Shown: positions 29,779 through 47,561 of the stretch, piece by piece
Position numbering within the stretch: position 1 is the stretch's first letter
Layout of the letters: the number at the start of each line of letters is the position of its first letter
Assembly: GCF_013167455.1 (NCBI RefSeq)
Contig: NZ_CP038328.1
Strand: one strand, 5' to 3'
DNA length: 64,000 nucleotides
From: Escherichia coli O157:H7
GTDB lineage: Bacteria > Pseudomonadota > Gammaproteobacteria > Enterobacterales > Enterobacteriaceae
The notes under the pieces: model-generated
Told to the model about the DNA's origin: nothing
Database searches by the model: none
The model's input: only the letters and a program-made list of their open reading frames with translations
Position numbers and translations under genes: made by a program

Positions 29779-30489
29779 CTATCCTTCATTTTTTGGGTGA
29801 GTAAGTGGGTTGCGGCGCGAAGCAGACAGATCCACATGTTTGTGTCGGGCGTAGAGTTTTGCGAGCTGGACGAGAATAAACAGCGCCAGGCCCGCCAGAC
29901 AGAGTTGTAAAATAAAGCGCAGCGTAATGCCTTCATTGGCGAGATCGCTTGCCATCACGGTATAAATAACAATACCGGGCAGGGTCGTGAGTGCCGAAAT
30001 AAGGGTATAAGGCCAGAAGGCGATTGTGGTTAATCCGTAAGCGTAATTTTGAATATTGTAAGGAAACAACGGGATTAAGCGGGTCAGAATAAGAAAATCA
30101 ATACCGTTACGCGCAATGCCTTTTTCAATGGCCTGGAAGGTATGGCTATGGCCAACGTATTTCAGCAGTAAATCACGTCCCATCCAGCGCGCCAGCAGGA
30201 ATGAGCACGAGGAGGCCAGCGTGGCGGCAATTAATGAGAGTAGTGTCCCTAAGAACGGGCCAAAAACTATTCCTCCCGCGATCACCAATATGCTTCCTGG
30301 TAACAGAAAGAGGGTGGCAATGATGAATAACAGAATATAGAGGCTATAACCGAACAATCCGCTCTGGCGAATGAGTGTCTGTAAGTGGGGTAAATCGGTG
30401 AGCAGATCGAATAAACCGAAAGCGTGGATAGCGTAAATGGCCAGCGCAAAAATAAGACAGGCAAAAAGAAATTTACGCTCAGCGTTCAT
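29779..30489 (-). CDS. ydjX: DedA/TVP38-family inner-membrane protein
   Basis: 236 codons from MNAERKFLFACLIFALAIY; first gene of the minus-strand cluster. Confidence 0.8.
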   Translation of the reverse strand: MNAERKFLFACLIFALAIYAIHAFGLFDLLTDLPHLQTLIRQSGLFGYSLYILLFIIATLFLLPGSILVIAGGIVFGPFLGTLLSLIAATLASSCSFLLARWMGRDLLLKYVGHSHTFQAIEKGIARNGIDFLILTRLIPLFPYNIQNYAYGLTTIAFWPYTLISALTTLPGIVIYTVMASDLANEGITLRFILQLCLAGLALFILVQLAKLYARHKHVDLSASRRNPLTHPKNEG

Positions 30490-30655
30490 CGTGGAGTTTC
30501 CTATATCAAACTTGATAATAGAGAAGTGGTCAGACAACTAAAAACGCAGTGACGGTATAACAAAGGACGGCAGGCAACAAATCATTACTGACAGTTTGTT
30601 GATTTTTCTCAAGGTTAATTCTCCTGACCCAGTTTGAGCCAGGAGAGCTGCTAAA

Positions 30656-31462
30656 TTAGCGGCGGAAGGTCGCCCAGACGGGGGCGTGATCGGACGGTTT
30701 TTCCATGCTGCGGATTTCATAGTCGATGCCGGTTTCTACGCAACATTCTGCCAGCGGTTGGCTGGCGAGCAGCAGGTCGATGCGCAGACCACGGTTATCG
30801 TCAAAACCTTTTGAGCGGTAATCAAACCATGAGAAACGATCTGCTGTTTGCGGATTCGCATGGCGGAAGGTATCAACCAATCCCCAGCTCATCAGTCTCT
30901 CCATCCATTCGCGTTCCTCCGGAAGGAAAGAACATTTTCCGGTACGCAGCCAGCGCTTACGGTTCTCTTCGCCAATGCCAATATCCAGGTCGCCAGGACT
31001 GATATTCATATCGCCCATAATCAGCACCGGATTTTCACGCTTGAGTTCGGTTTCCAGGTAGTTTTGCAGATTCTGATAAAACTGCGCCTTTGCCGGGAAT
31101 TTTATCGGATGGTCGCGGCTTTCACCCTGCGGGAAGTAACCGTTGATCACGGTGACATTGCCCAGCGGCGAGGGGATTTCCGCCATAATAATCCGCCGCT
31201 GCGCCTCTTCTTCGTCACCGGGAAAGCCGCGACGCACGGCAATCGGCGTCTCTTTGGTCAGCAGCGCCACGCCATAATGGCCTTTCTGCCCGTGATAAAA
31301 CACGTTGTAGCCGAGCTTCGCCACCTCTTCGAGGGGAAACATATCGTCATGAACTTTTGTCTCCTGCAGGCCAATCACATCCGGTTGGTGCTTTTCGACG
31401 ATGGCTTCAAGCTGGTGGGGTCTGGCGCGCAGGCCATTGATATTAAAAGAGACAAATTTCAT
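30656..31462 (-). CDS. xthA: exodeoxyribonuclease III
   Basis: 268 codons from [21 protein letters not shown]. Confidence 0.9.
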   Translation of the reverse strand: MKFVSFNINGLRARPHQLEAIVEKHQPDVIGLQETKVHDDMFPLEEVAKLGYNVFYHGQKGHYGVALLTKETPIAVRRGFPGDEEEAQRRIIMAEIPSPLGNVTVINGYFPQGESRDHPIKFPAKAQFYQNLQNYLETELKRENPVLIMGDMNISPGDLDIGIGEENRKRWLRTGKCSFLPEEREWMERLMSWGLVDTFRHANPQTADRFSWFDYRSKGFDDNRGLRIDLLLASQPLAECCVETGIDYEIRSMEKPSDHAPVWATFRR

Positions 31463-31819
31463 AGTCGCTGCCATTTATTCAGATAAAGAGTGCGTGGATG
31501 GTAGCAGAATTTCGCTTTGCTTACCGCCTGTTGTTAAGTGATTTGATCGATGGTTGTTAATGATGTCAACGATGGCGCAAAAAATGCCCGCTTTTGGTGC
31601 GCGCTGCGTCAGAATGGCGCAGTAATTTCCAGTAAATTTCGTCAATGATCACAATTCCAGAATTATATTTTACTTCTGCATAACATTGCGTTTTTTATTC
31701 TTTTTATTCACCCACATCGCAAACGTATTCACTTAATATGCACTTTAAATGCATATGGTTTGGTTATAACTCCTTGATTTCCAGTTAGCCTCCGCCGTTT
31801 ATGCACTTTCATCACTGGC

Positions 31820-31835
31820 TGGCACGAACCCTGCA
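31820..31835 (+). promoter_or_regulatory. sigma54 (-24/-12) promoter element TGGCAC-N5-CTGCA upstream of astC
   Basis: TGGCACGAACCCTGCA read in the sequence about 75 bp upstream of the astC ATG; the ast operon is known to be NtrC/sigma54 controlled. Confidence 0.6.
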
Positions 31836-31871
31836 ATCTACATTTACAGCGAAAACATTACTTATTATTAA

Positions 31872-37935
<6,064 letters not shown>

Positions 37936-37940
37936 TACTT

Positions 37941-37964
37941 ACCCGCAGAAATCTTTCTGCGGGT
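37941..37964 (+). terminator. perfect inverted repeat ACCCGCAGAAA/TTTCTGCGGGT after astE
   Basis: Read directly from the sequence; the tail is only weakly T-rich. Confidence 0.45.
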
Positions 37965-38180
37965 ATTAAGTTACCTTCTTATAAATTAATACAGATTAAT
38001 CCTGGTTATTTGCTTTATTTATCACCAGTCATCCGGTATAGTTCTTCATAATCTCTGCAAAATCATGGTGTTGTAATATTCTCTCATCACTCTCCATCAA
38101 ATTTTCTTTTTTTCTCCATAATTGGCGCAAAAGTGTTTTTTACACTTTCATTGTTTTACCGTTGCTCTGATTAATTGACG

Positions 38181-38195
38181 CTAAAGTCAGTAAAG
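38181..38195 (+). promoter_or_regulatory. candidate CpxR-type direct repeat CTAAA-N4-GTAAA in the spy promoter region
   Basis: Pentamer direct repeat about 80 bp upstream of spy; spy is a known CpxR/BaeR target. Confidence 0.35.
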
Positions 38196-38264
38196 TTAAT
38201 CTCGTCAACACGGCACGCTACTTAAGAAAGCCGTAATAAATAACTGAAAGGAAGGATATAGAAT

Positions 38265-38750
38265 ATGCGTAAATTAACTGCACTGTTTGTTGCCTCTACC
38301 CTGGCTCTTGGCGCGGCTAACCTGGCCCATGCCGCAGACACCACTACCGCAGCACCGGCTGACGCGAAGCCGATGATGCACCACAAAGGCAAGTTCGGTC
38401 CGCATCAGGACATGATGTTCAAAGACCTGAACCTGACCGACGCGCAGAAACAGCAGATTCGCGAAATCATGAAAGGCCAGCGTGACCAGATGAAACGTCC
38501 GCCGCTGGAAGAACGTCGCGCAATGCATGACATCATTGCCAGCGATACCTTCGATAAAGCAAAAGCTGAAGCGCAGATCGCAAAAATGGAAGAACAGCGC
38601 AAAGCTAACATGCTGGCGCACATGGAAACCCAGAACAAAATTTACAACATCCTGACGCCGGAACAGAAAAAGCAATTTAATGCTAATTTTGAGAAGCGTC
38701 TGACAGAACGTCCAGCGGCAAAAGGTAAAATGCCTGCAACTGCTGAATAA
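38265..38750 (+). CDS. spy: periplasmic ATP-independent chaperone Spy
   Basis: 161-aa ORF with signal peptide MRKLTALFVASTLALGAANLAHA. Confidence 0.9.
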   Translation: MRKLTALFVASTLALGAANLAHAADTTTAAPADAKPMMHHKGKFGPHQDMMFKDLNLTDAQKQQIREIMKGQRDQMKRPPLEERRAMHDIIASDTFDKAKAEAQIAKMEEQRKANMLAHMETQNKIYNILTPEQKKQFNANFEKRLTERPAAKGKMPATAE

Positions 38751-38773
38751 TCTTTCAGCCAAAAAACTTAAGA

Positions 38774-38836
38774 CCGCCGGTCTTGTCCACTACCTTGCAG
38801 TAATGCGGTGGACAGGATCGGCGGTTTTCTTTTCTC
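38774..38836 (+). terminator. intrinsic terminator after spy (long stem CCGCCGGTCTTGTCCAC/GTGGACAGGATCGGCGG then TTTTCTTTTCTC)
   Basis: Stem-loop and T-tract read directly from the sequence. Confidence 0.55.
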
Positions 38837-38874
38837 TTCTCAAACAGTTGTAAAAAAAGCCTGATCACCACTAA

Positions 38875-40375
<1,501 letters not shown>

Positions 40376-40388
40376 TGTTGACTCCGAA

Positions 40389-40408
40389 TGCTGGTTATCT
40401 ATCCAGTG
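40389..40408. promoter_or_regulatory. LexA (SOS) box CTG-N10-CAG upstream of cho
   Basis: GCTGGTTATCTATCCAGTG about 15 bp upstream of the cho start codon; cho is a known SOS gene. Confidence 0.55.
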
Positions 40409-40469
40409 TAACAGCCGGGAAGCGATTAAAAAAGAGGCGGGTCGATGACAAAGGTTACACCGTCTGACG

Positions 40470-40572
40470 TGCTACGCCTGTCAGGCCTATTCGACTCCTG
40501 CAATGTATTGAATTTGCATAGTTTTGTAGGTCGAATAAGGCGTTCACGCCGCATCCGGCGTGAACAAATTAC
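40470..40572. repeat. BIME/REP cluster between cho and nadE
   Basis: Palindromic units CGCCTGTCAGGCCTATTCGAC and TGTAGGTCGAATAAGGCGTTCACGCCGCATCCGGCGTGAACA. Confidence 0.65.
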
Positions 40573-40604
40573 TCTTTTTTGCACAATCCAATAGGTGCAA
40601 ATTA

Positions 40605-41432
40605 TTACTTTTTCCAGAAATCATCGAAAACGGTAATTGGCGGACGGCGTTTATGTTCGGTTTTCAGATACCAGTTCTCTATTGTTCTGGCGACCTGTTG
40701 AGGTACGTTTTTCCCTTCCAGATAGTCGTCGATATTGTCATAGGTCACGCCGAGTGCCACTTCATCTGGCAGAGAAGGGCGATCATCTTCCAGATCGGCC
40801 GTTGGCGCTTTCTTATAAAGGTGTTCCGGGCAACCTAATGCTGCCAGTAACTGTTTACCCTGACGTTTGTTGAGACGATACAGTGGATTAATGTCCGTAC
40901 CGCCGTCACCATATTTAGTGAAGAATCCGGTAATGGCTTCTGCTGCATGATCGGTGCCCACCACGACACCGCTGGTCATACCCGCAATGCTATATTGTGC
41001 TTTCATCCGCTCACGCGCTTTTTCATTGCCACGGACAAAATCGCTCAGTTCAATGCATGCTTCCCGCAATGCCTGCTCGCTAGCCAATACCGCGCCCTTG
41101 ATATTAACGGTTAATACGCGATCCGGTTGAATAAAGGCAATGGCATCCTGGCAATCTTGTTCGTCGGCCTGAACACCATAGGGCAGGCGTACGGCAATAA
41201 ATTGCAGTGATTCGTTGCCGGTTTCCTGGCGCAGCTCATTAATCGCCATCTGGCACAGCTTACCGGCAAGCGTGGAGTCCTGACCGCCGCTGATCCCGAG
41301 CACCAGTGATTTAATGAACGGATAAGTTTGCAGGTAGCTTTTCAGAAAATCGACACTACGACGAATTTCCTCTTCAGCATTAATCTGCGGTTTTGCGCCC
41401 AGCGCCTTTATTATTTGTTGTTGCAATGTCAT
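40605..41432 (-). CDS. nadE: NH3-dependent NAD+ synthetase
   Basis: 275-aa ORF with PP-loop SGGQDS. Confidence 0.9.
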   Translation of the reverse strand: MTLQQQIIKALGAKPQINAEEEIRRSVDFLKSYLQTYPFIKSLVLGISGGQDSTLAGKLCQMAINELRQETGNESLQFIAVRLPYGVQADEQDCQDAIAFIQPDRVLTVNIKGAVLASEQALREACIELSDFVRGNEKARERMKAQYSIAGMTSGVVVGTDHAAEAITGFFTKYGDGGTDINPLYRLNKRQGKQLLAALGCPEHLYKKAPTADLEDDRPSLPDEVALGVTYDNIDDYLEGKNVPQQVARTIENWYLKTEHKRRPPITVFDDFWKK

Positions 41433-41633
41433 TGAACCCCTCCAGACAGAAAAGACAAAACTTCCTTAAAGCTAACCCGTTGCTACTGAAACGACAAGCG
41501 ACAGCGGGCTGAATGGTGGTTAAAACGTCATACAGGAATCCTCTGAAAGCGGAGCCGTTTCGTTCATGGGCTTGAAAAAGCGCCCAATGTATTCCAGGCT
41601 TATCTAACACGCTGATAAACAATAGGACGGAAT

Positions 41634-41972
41634 ATGAACAAGAATATGGCAGGAATTCTGAGTGCAGCGGCGGTATTAACCATGCTGGCGGGTTGTACGG
41701 CTTATGATCGTACCAAAGACCAGTTTGTACAGCCTGTGGTGAAAGACGTCAAAAAAGGCATGAGCCGGGCGCAGGTTGCACAAATTGCGGGTAAACCTTC
41801 GTCTGAAGTGAGCATGATCCATGCTCGTGGTACTTGCCAGACCTACATCCTGGGTCAACGTGATGGTAAAGCAGAAACCTACTTTGTCGCGTTAGATGAT
41901 ACCGGACATGTCATCAACTCCGGTTATCAGACCTGTGCTGAATACGACACTGATCCACAGGCTGCGAAGTAA
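41634..41972 (+). CDS. osmE: osmotically inducible lipoprotein E
   Basis: 112-aa ORF with lipobox LAGC. Confidence 0.85.
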
Positions 41973-42003
41973 TCACTTCGTCTGAAAGCTTGAGTAACAA
42001 CGG

Positions 42004-42031
42004 AAACCGGCCATTGCGCCGGTTTTTTTTT
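42004..42031 (+). terminator. intrinsic terminator after osmE (stem AAACCGGC/GCCGGTTT plus T-run)
   Basis: Read directly from the sequence. Confidence 0.6.
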
Positions 42032-42073
42032 GGCCTGAGTTCTTAATTATCTTCGCGAATTATTTGCCCGAAA

Positions 42074-42089
42074 TGTGAAGAGGGTCATA
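42074..42089. promoter_or_regulatory. candidate CRP site TGTGA-N6-TCATA upstream of chbB
   Basis: One-mismatch CRP half-sites about 190 bp upstream of chbB; the chb operon is known to be CRP dependent. Confidence 0.35.
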
Positions 42090-42271
42090 ACCGCAGGTCA
42101 AGGAGAGACAATTTATAAGGTCAAAGAAATACTATTGCTCAGGTCTATACCGTATACTCCTTTCAGCCACAAAAAAAGTCATGTTGGTTTCGCAAGTTAC
42201 CCAGAGCATGGAAGCAGGTTAAGGCTTGCGGAGTGTCTGGCTGACAGATAATCGTCGATGAGGGCAGTTTT

Positions 42272-42592
42272 ATGGAAAAGAAACACATTTATCTGTTTTG
42301 TTCTGCGGGCATGTCTACCTCTTTACTGGTATCAAAAATGCGCGCACAGGCAGAAAAATATGAAGTTCCGGTCATTATTGAAGCATTTCCGGAAACACTG
42401 GCTGGTGAAAAAGGTCAGAATGCCGATGTCGTGTTATTAGGGCCGCAGATTGCTTATATGTTGCCCGAAATCCAGCGTTTGTTACCCAACAAACCGGTTG
42501 AAGTAATTGACTCGCTGCTTTATGGCAAAGTCGATGGTTTAGGCGTGCTTAAGGCTGCGGTTGCAGCGATTAAAAAAGCCGCAGCAAATTAA
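42272..42592 (+). CDS. chbB: PTS chitobiose-specific EIIB
   Basis: 106-aa [23 protein letters not shown] with active-site Cys. Confidence 0.9.
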   Translation: MEKKHIYLFCSAGMSTSLLVSKMRAQAEKYEVPVIIEAFPETLAGEKGQNADVVLLGPQIAYMLPEIQRLLPNKPVEVIDSLLYGKVDGLGVLKAAVAAIKKAAAN

Positions 42593-42636
42593 TTTATTTT
42601 AAATTTTCCCGTCAAAGAGTTATTTCATAAATCAAT

Positions 42637-42661
42637 ACCGCAATATTTAAATTGCGGTTTT
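42637..42661 (+). terminator. hairpin plus T-run between chbB and chbC (possible intra-operon attenuator)
   Basis: CCGCAAT-N6-ATTGCGG followed by TTTTT. Confidence 0.4.
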
Positions 42662-42676
42662 TAAGGGTATTTTTCT

Positions 42677-44035
42677 ATGAGTAATGTTATTGCATCGCTT
42701 GAAAAGGTACTCCTCCCTTTTGCAGTTAAAATAGGAAAGCAGCCACACGTTAATGCAATCAAAAATGGCTTTATTCGCTTAATGCCGTTAACCCTTGCGG
42801 GGGCCATGTTTGTATTAATTAACAACGTTTTTCTAAGCTTTGGGGAGGGGTCGTTTTTTTATTCCTTAGGTATTCGCCTCGACGCCTCAACCATTGAAAC
42901 ACTTAATGGTCTGAAAGGTATTGGCGGCAACGTATATAACGGAACATTAGGGATAATGTCTTTAATGGCACCGTTCTTTATTGGCATGGCGCTGGCAGAA
43001 GAGCGTAAAGTCGATGCGCTGGCGGCTGGGTTGTTATCCGTTGCAGCATTTATGACCGTCACCCCATATAGTGTCGGTGAGGCCTATGCGGTTGGCGCAA
43101 ACTGGTTAGGTGGGGCGAATATCATCTCCGGGATTATTATTGGCCTGGTGGTGGCAGAAATGTTTACCTTTATTGTCCGCCGCAATTGGGTCATTAAACT
43201 GCCCGACAGCGTACCTGCTTCAGTATCGCGTTCCTTCTCGGCATTAATTCCCGGCTTTATTATTCTTTCCGTGATGGGGATTATTGCCTGGGCGTTGAAT
43301 ACCTGGGGCACCAACTTCCATCAGATCATTATGGATACCATCTCAACCCCACTGGCATCGTTGGGTAGCGTGGTGGGCTGGGCCTATGTGATCTTTGTTC
43401 CACTGCTCTGGTTCTTCGGTATTCATGGCGCGCTGGCGCTGACCGCACTGGACAACGGCATTATGACGCCGTGGGCGCTGGAAAATATCGCGACCTATCA
43501 GCAATATGGTTCCGTCGAAGCGGCGCTGGCAGCCGGTAAGACCTTCCATATCTGGGCCAAGCCGATGCTGGACTCCTTTATTTTCCTTGGAGGCAGTGGT
43601 GCGACTTTAGGCCTGATCCTGGCTATCTTTATTGCCTCTCGCCGTGCTGATTATCGTCAGGTGGCAAAACTGGCGCTGCCGTCCGGCATCTTCCAGATTA
43701 ACGAACCGATTCTGTTTGGTCTGCCAATTATCATGAACCCGGTGATGTTTATCCCGTTTGTACTGGTACAACCGATTCTGGCGGCAATCACCCTGGCAGC
43801 GTACTACATGGGCATTATTCCTCCGGTGACCAATATTGCACCGTGGACCATGCCAACCGGTCTGGGAGCCTTCTTTAACACCAACGGTAGCGTCGTCGCA
43901 TTGCTGGTTGCACTCTTCAACCTTGGTATCGCAACGTTAATTTATCTGCCCTTTGTTGTGGTGGCTAACAAAGCACAAAATGCGATTGATAAAGAAGAGA
44001 GCGAAGAAGATATCGCTAACGCCCTGAAATTTTAA
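42677..44035 (+). CDS. chbC: PTS chitobiose-specific EIIC
   Basis: 452-aa polytopic membrane ORF. Confidence 0.9.
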   Translation: MSNVIASLEKVLLPFAVKIGKQPHVNAIKNGFIRLMPLTLAGAMFVLINNVFLSFGEGSFFYSLGIRLDASTIETLNGLKGIGGNVYNGTLGIMSLMAPFFIGMALAEERKVDALAAGLLSVAAFMTVTPYSVGEAYAVGANWLGGANIISGIIIGLVVAEMFTFIVRRNWVIKLPDSVPASVSRSFSALIPGFIILSVMGIIAWALNTWGTNFHQIIMDTISTPLASLGSVVGWAYVIFVPLLWFFGIHGALALTALDNGIMTPWALENIATYQQYGSVEAALAAGKTFHIWAKPMLDSFIFLGGSGATLGLILAIFIASRRADYRQVAKLALPSGIFQINEPILFGLPIIMNPVMFIPFVLVQPILAAITLAAYYMGIIPPVTNIAPWTMPTGLGAFFNTNGSVVALLVALFNLGIATLIYLPFVVVANKAQNAIDKEESEEDIANALKF

Positions 44036-44085
44036 TCGATGCCGGTACGGGTAATCGTGCCGGTAAGAAAAGAGAGGAACGATGT

Positions 44086-44436
44086 ATGATGGATCTCGAT
44101 AATATTCCCGATACGCAAACGGAAGCTGAAGAGCTGGAAGAAGTGGTGATGGGGCTTATCATCAACTCCGGACAAGCGCGCAGCCTGGCGTATGCCGCAC
44201 TGAAACAGGCGAAGCAGGGCGATTTTGCCGCAGCAAAAGCCATGATGGATCAGTCACGGATGGCATTGAATGAAGCGCATCTGGTACAGACGAAACTGAT
44301 TGAAGGCGATGCGGGCGAAGGTAAGATGAAAGTGAGTCTGGTGCTGGTCCACGCTCAGGATCATTTAATGACGTCCATGCTTGCGCGTGAACTGATTACT
44401 GAATTAATTGAGCTTCATGAAAAACTGAAGGCATAA
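44086..44436 (+). CDS. chbA: PTS chitobiose-specific EIIA
   Basis: 116-aa ORF. Confidence 0.9.
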   Translation: MMDLDNIPDTQTEAEELEEVVMGLIINSGQARSLAYAALKQAKQGDFAAAKAMMDQSRMALNEAHLVQTKLIEGDAGEGKMKVSLVLVHAQDHLMTSMLARELITELIELHEKLKA

Positions 44437-44443
44437 GGAGTCG

Positions 44444-45286
44444 ATGATGCAGCCAGTGATTAACGCGCCGGAAATTGCCACTGCCCGAGAACAGCAGTTG
44501 TTTAATGGCAAAAACTTCCATGTGTTTATCTATAACAAAACTGAGAGTATCAGCGGACTGCATCAGCACGACTATTATGAATTTACTCTGGTATTAACCG
44601 GGCGTTATTTCCAGGAGATTAACGGTAAGCGCGTGTTACTGGAACGGGGCGATTTTGTTTTTATTCCGTTAGGTTCGCACCATCAAAGTTTTTATGAGTT
44701 TGGTGCCACGCGCATATTGAACGTTGGGATCAGTAAACGCTTTTTTGAGCAGCATTACCTGCCATTGTTGCCTTATTGCTTTGTAGCTTCGCAGGTATAC
44801 CGGACCAATAACGCTTTTCTCACCTATGTGGAAACAGTGATTTCTTCATTGAATTTCCGCGAAACAGGGCTGGAAGAGTTTGTTGAGATGGTTACTTTTT
44901 ATGTCATTAACCGTTTACGTCATTACCGCGAAGAACAGGTGATTGATGATGTACCGCAGTGGCTGAAAAGTACGGTAGAAAAGATGCATGATAAAGAGCA
45001 GTTTAGTGAATCGGCGCTGGAGAATATGGTGACGTTGTCAGCCAAATCACAGGAATATTTGACGCGGGCGACTCAACGATATTATGGCAAAACGCCAATG
45101 CAGATTATTAATGAAATCCGTATTAATTTTGCCAAAAAACAACTGGAAATGACCAACTATTCAGTGACGGATATTGCGTTTGAGGCCGGTTATAGTAGCC
45201 CGAGTTTGTTTATTAAAACGTTTAAGAAATTAACGTCCTTTACGCCTAAGAGCTATCGTAAGAAATTGACTGAATTTAATCAGTAA
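44444..45286 (+). CDS. chbR: AraC-family regulator of the chb operon
   Basis: 280-aa ORF with C-terminal AraC-type helix-turn-helix. Confidence 0.9.
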   Translation: MMQPVINAPEIATAREQQLFNGKNFHVFIYNKTESISGLHQHDYYEFTLVLTGRYFQEINGKRVLLERGDFVFIPLGSHHQSFYEFGATRILNVGISKRFFEQHYLPLLPYCFVASQVYRTNNAFLTYVETVISSLNFRETGLEEFVEMVTFYVINRLRHYREEQVIDDVPQWLKSTVEKMHDKEQFSESALENMVTLSAKSQEYLTRATQRYYGKTPMQIINEIRINFAKKQLEMTNYSVTDIAFEAGYSSPSLFIKTFKKLTSFTPKSYRKKLTEFNQ

Positions 45287-45391
45287 GTCGTTATACCTGA
45301 CAATTCACATATCTGTCCTGTTGCTGGATTATTTATGTCCGGGGGGGGCAGATATGCCAGATATCAGTATTCTGTACTGAAGGGAGAAATT

Positions 45392-46744
45392 ATGAGCCAG
45401 AAATTAAAAGTCGTCACTATTGGTGGCGGGAGCAGCTATACCCCGGAGTTACTGGAAGGATTTATTAAGCGTTATCACGAATTGCCGGTCAGCGAATTAT
45501 GGCTGGTGGATGTCGAAGGTGGCAAAGCTAAACTGGATATTATTTTCGATCTCTGCCAACGGATGATTGATAACGCTGGCGTCCCGATGAAGCTTTATAA
45601 AACGCTGGATCGCCGCGAAGCATTGAAAGATGCTGATTTCGTTACTACCCAACTGCGCGTTGGCCAATTACCGGCGCGTGAACTGGATGAACGTATTCCA
45701 TTAAGTCATGGTTATCTTGGTCAGGAAACCAACGGCGCGGGCGGTCTGTTTAAAGGTCTGCGTACCATTCCGGTGATTTTTGACATCGTAAAAGATGTCG
45801 AAGAACTTTGTCCGAATGCATGGGTGATTAACTTCACTAACCCGGCGGGAATGGTCACTGAAGCCGTTTATCGTCATACCGGATTTAAACGCTTTATCGG
45901 CGTGTGTAATATTCCGATCGGCATGAAGATGTTTATTCGCGATGTTCTGATGCTGAAAGACAGCGATGATTTATCTATCGATCTGTTCGGCCTCAACCAT
46001 ATGGTGTTCATTAAGGATGTGCTGGTAAATGGCAAGTCGCGCTTTGCCGAATTGCTTGATGGTGTGGCATCCGGGCAGTTAAAAGCATCTGGCGTTAAAA
46101 ATATTTTCGATCTGCCATTTAGCGAAGGCTTAATTCGTTCTCTGAATCTGTTGCCGTGTTCTTATTTGCTTTATTACTTCAAGCAAAAAGAGATGCTGGC
46201 TATTGAAATGGGCGAATACTACAAAGGCGGCGCACGAGCGCAGGTAGTACAGAAAGTCGAGAAACAACTTTTTGAGCTGTATAAAAACCCGGAGTTGAAA
46301 GTTAAGCCGAAAGAACTGGAACAGCGCGGTGGGGCTTATTACTCTGATGCAGCGTGCGAAATGATCAACGCTATCTACAACGATAAGCAAGCAGAACATT
46401 ACGTTAATATCCCGCATCATGGGCATATTGATAATATTCCGGCAGACTGGGCGGTAGAAATGACCTGTACGCTGGGGCGCGATGGCGCGACGCCACATCC
46501 GCGCATTACGCATTTCGATGATAAAGTGATGGGGCTGATTCACACCATTAAAGGCTTCGAGATTGCTGCCAGCAACGCCGCACTTAGCGGAGAATTTAAC
46601 GATGTGTTACTGGCGCTAAACCTTAGTCCGTTGGTGCATTCCGATCGCGATGCTGAGCTGCTGGCACGCGAGATGATTCTGGCGCACGAGAAATGGCTGC
46701 CAAATTTTGCCGACTGCATCGCAGAGCTTAAAAAAGCACATTAA
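45392..46744 (+). CDS. chbF: family 4 6-phospho-beta-glucosidase (NAD/Mn dependent)
   Basis: 450 codons from MSQKLKVVTIGGGSSYTPEL; AAGGGAG ribosome-binding site. Confidence 0.9.
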   Translation: MSQKLKVVTIGGGSSYTPELLEGFIKRYHELPVSELWLVDVEGGKAKLDIIFDLCQRMIDNAGVPMKLYKTLDRREALKDADFVTTQLRVGQLPARELDERIPLSHGYLGQETNGAGGLFKGLRTIPVIFDIVKDVEELCPNAWVINFTNPAGMVTEAVYRHTGFKRFIGVCNIPIGMKMFIRDVLMLKDSDDLSIDLFGLNHMVFIKDVLVNGKSRFAELLDGVASGQLKASGVKNIFDLPFSEGLIRSLNLLPCSYLLYYFKQKEMLAIEMGEYYKGGARAQVVQKVEKQLFELYKNPELKVKPKELEQRGGAYYSDAACEMINAIYNDKQAEHYVNIPHHGHIDNIPADWAVEMTCTLGRDGATPHPRITHFDDKVMGLIHTIKGFEIAASNAALSGEFNDVLLALNLSPLVHSDRDAELLAREMILAHEKWLPNFADCIAELKKAH

Positions 46745-47515
<771 letters not shown>

Positions 47516-47525
47516 GTAAGGTGGT

Positions 47526-47553
47526 AAGGTCACTCCCCAGGGGACGTGACCTT
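47526..47553. terminator. bidirectional hairpin between convergent chbG and katE
   Basis: AAGGTCAC...GTGACCTT stem with inner CCCC/GGGG pairing. Confidence 0.5.
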
Positions 47554-47561
47554 ATCCATAT

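Noticed and set aside
30848-31486. 212-aa plus-strand ORF
   Set aside because: Antisense to xthA.
38274-38762. 162-aa minus-strand ORF
   Set aside because: Mirror image of spy on the opposite strand; spy has the signal peptide, ribosome-binding site and terminator.
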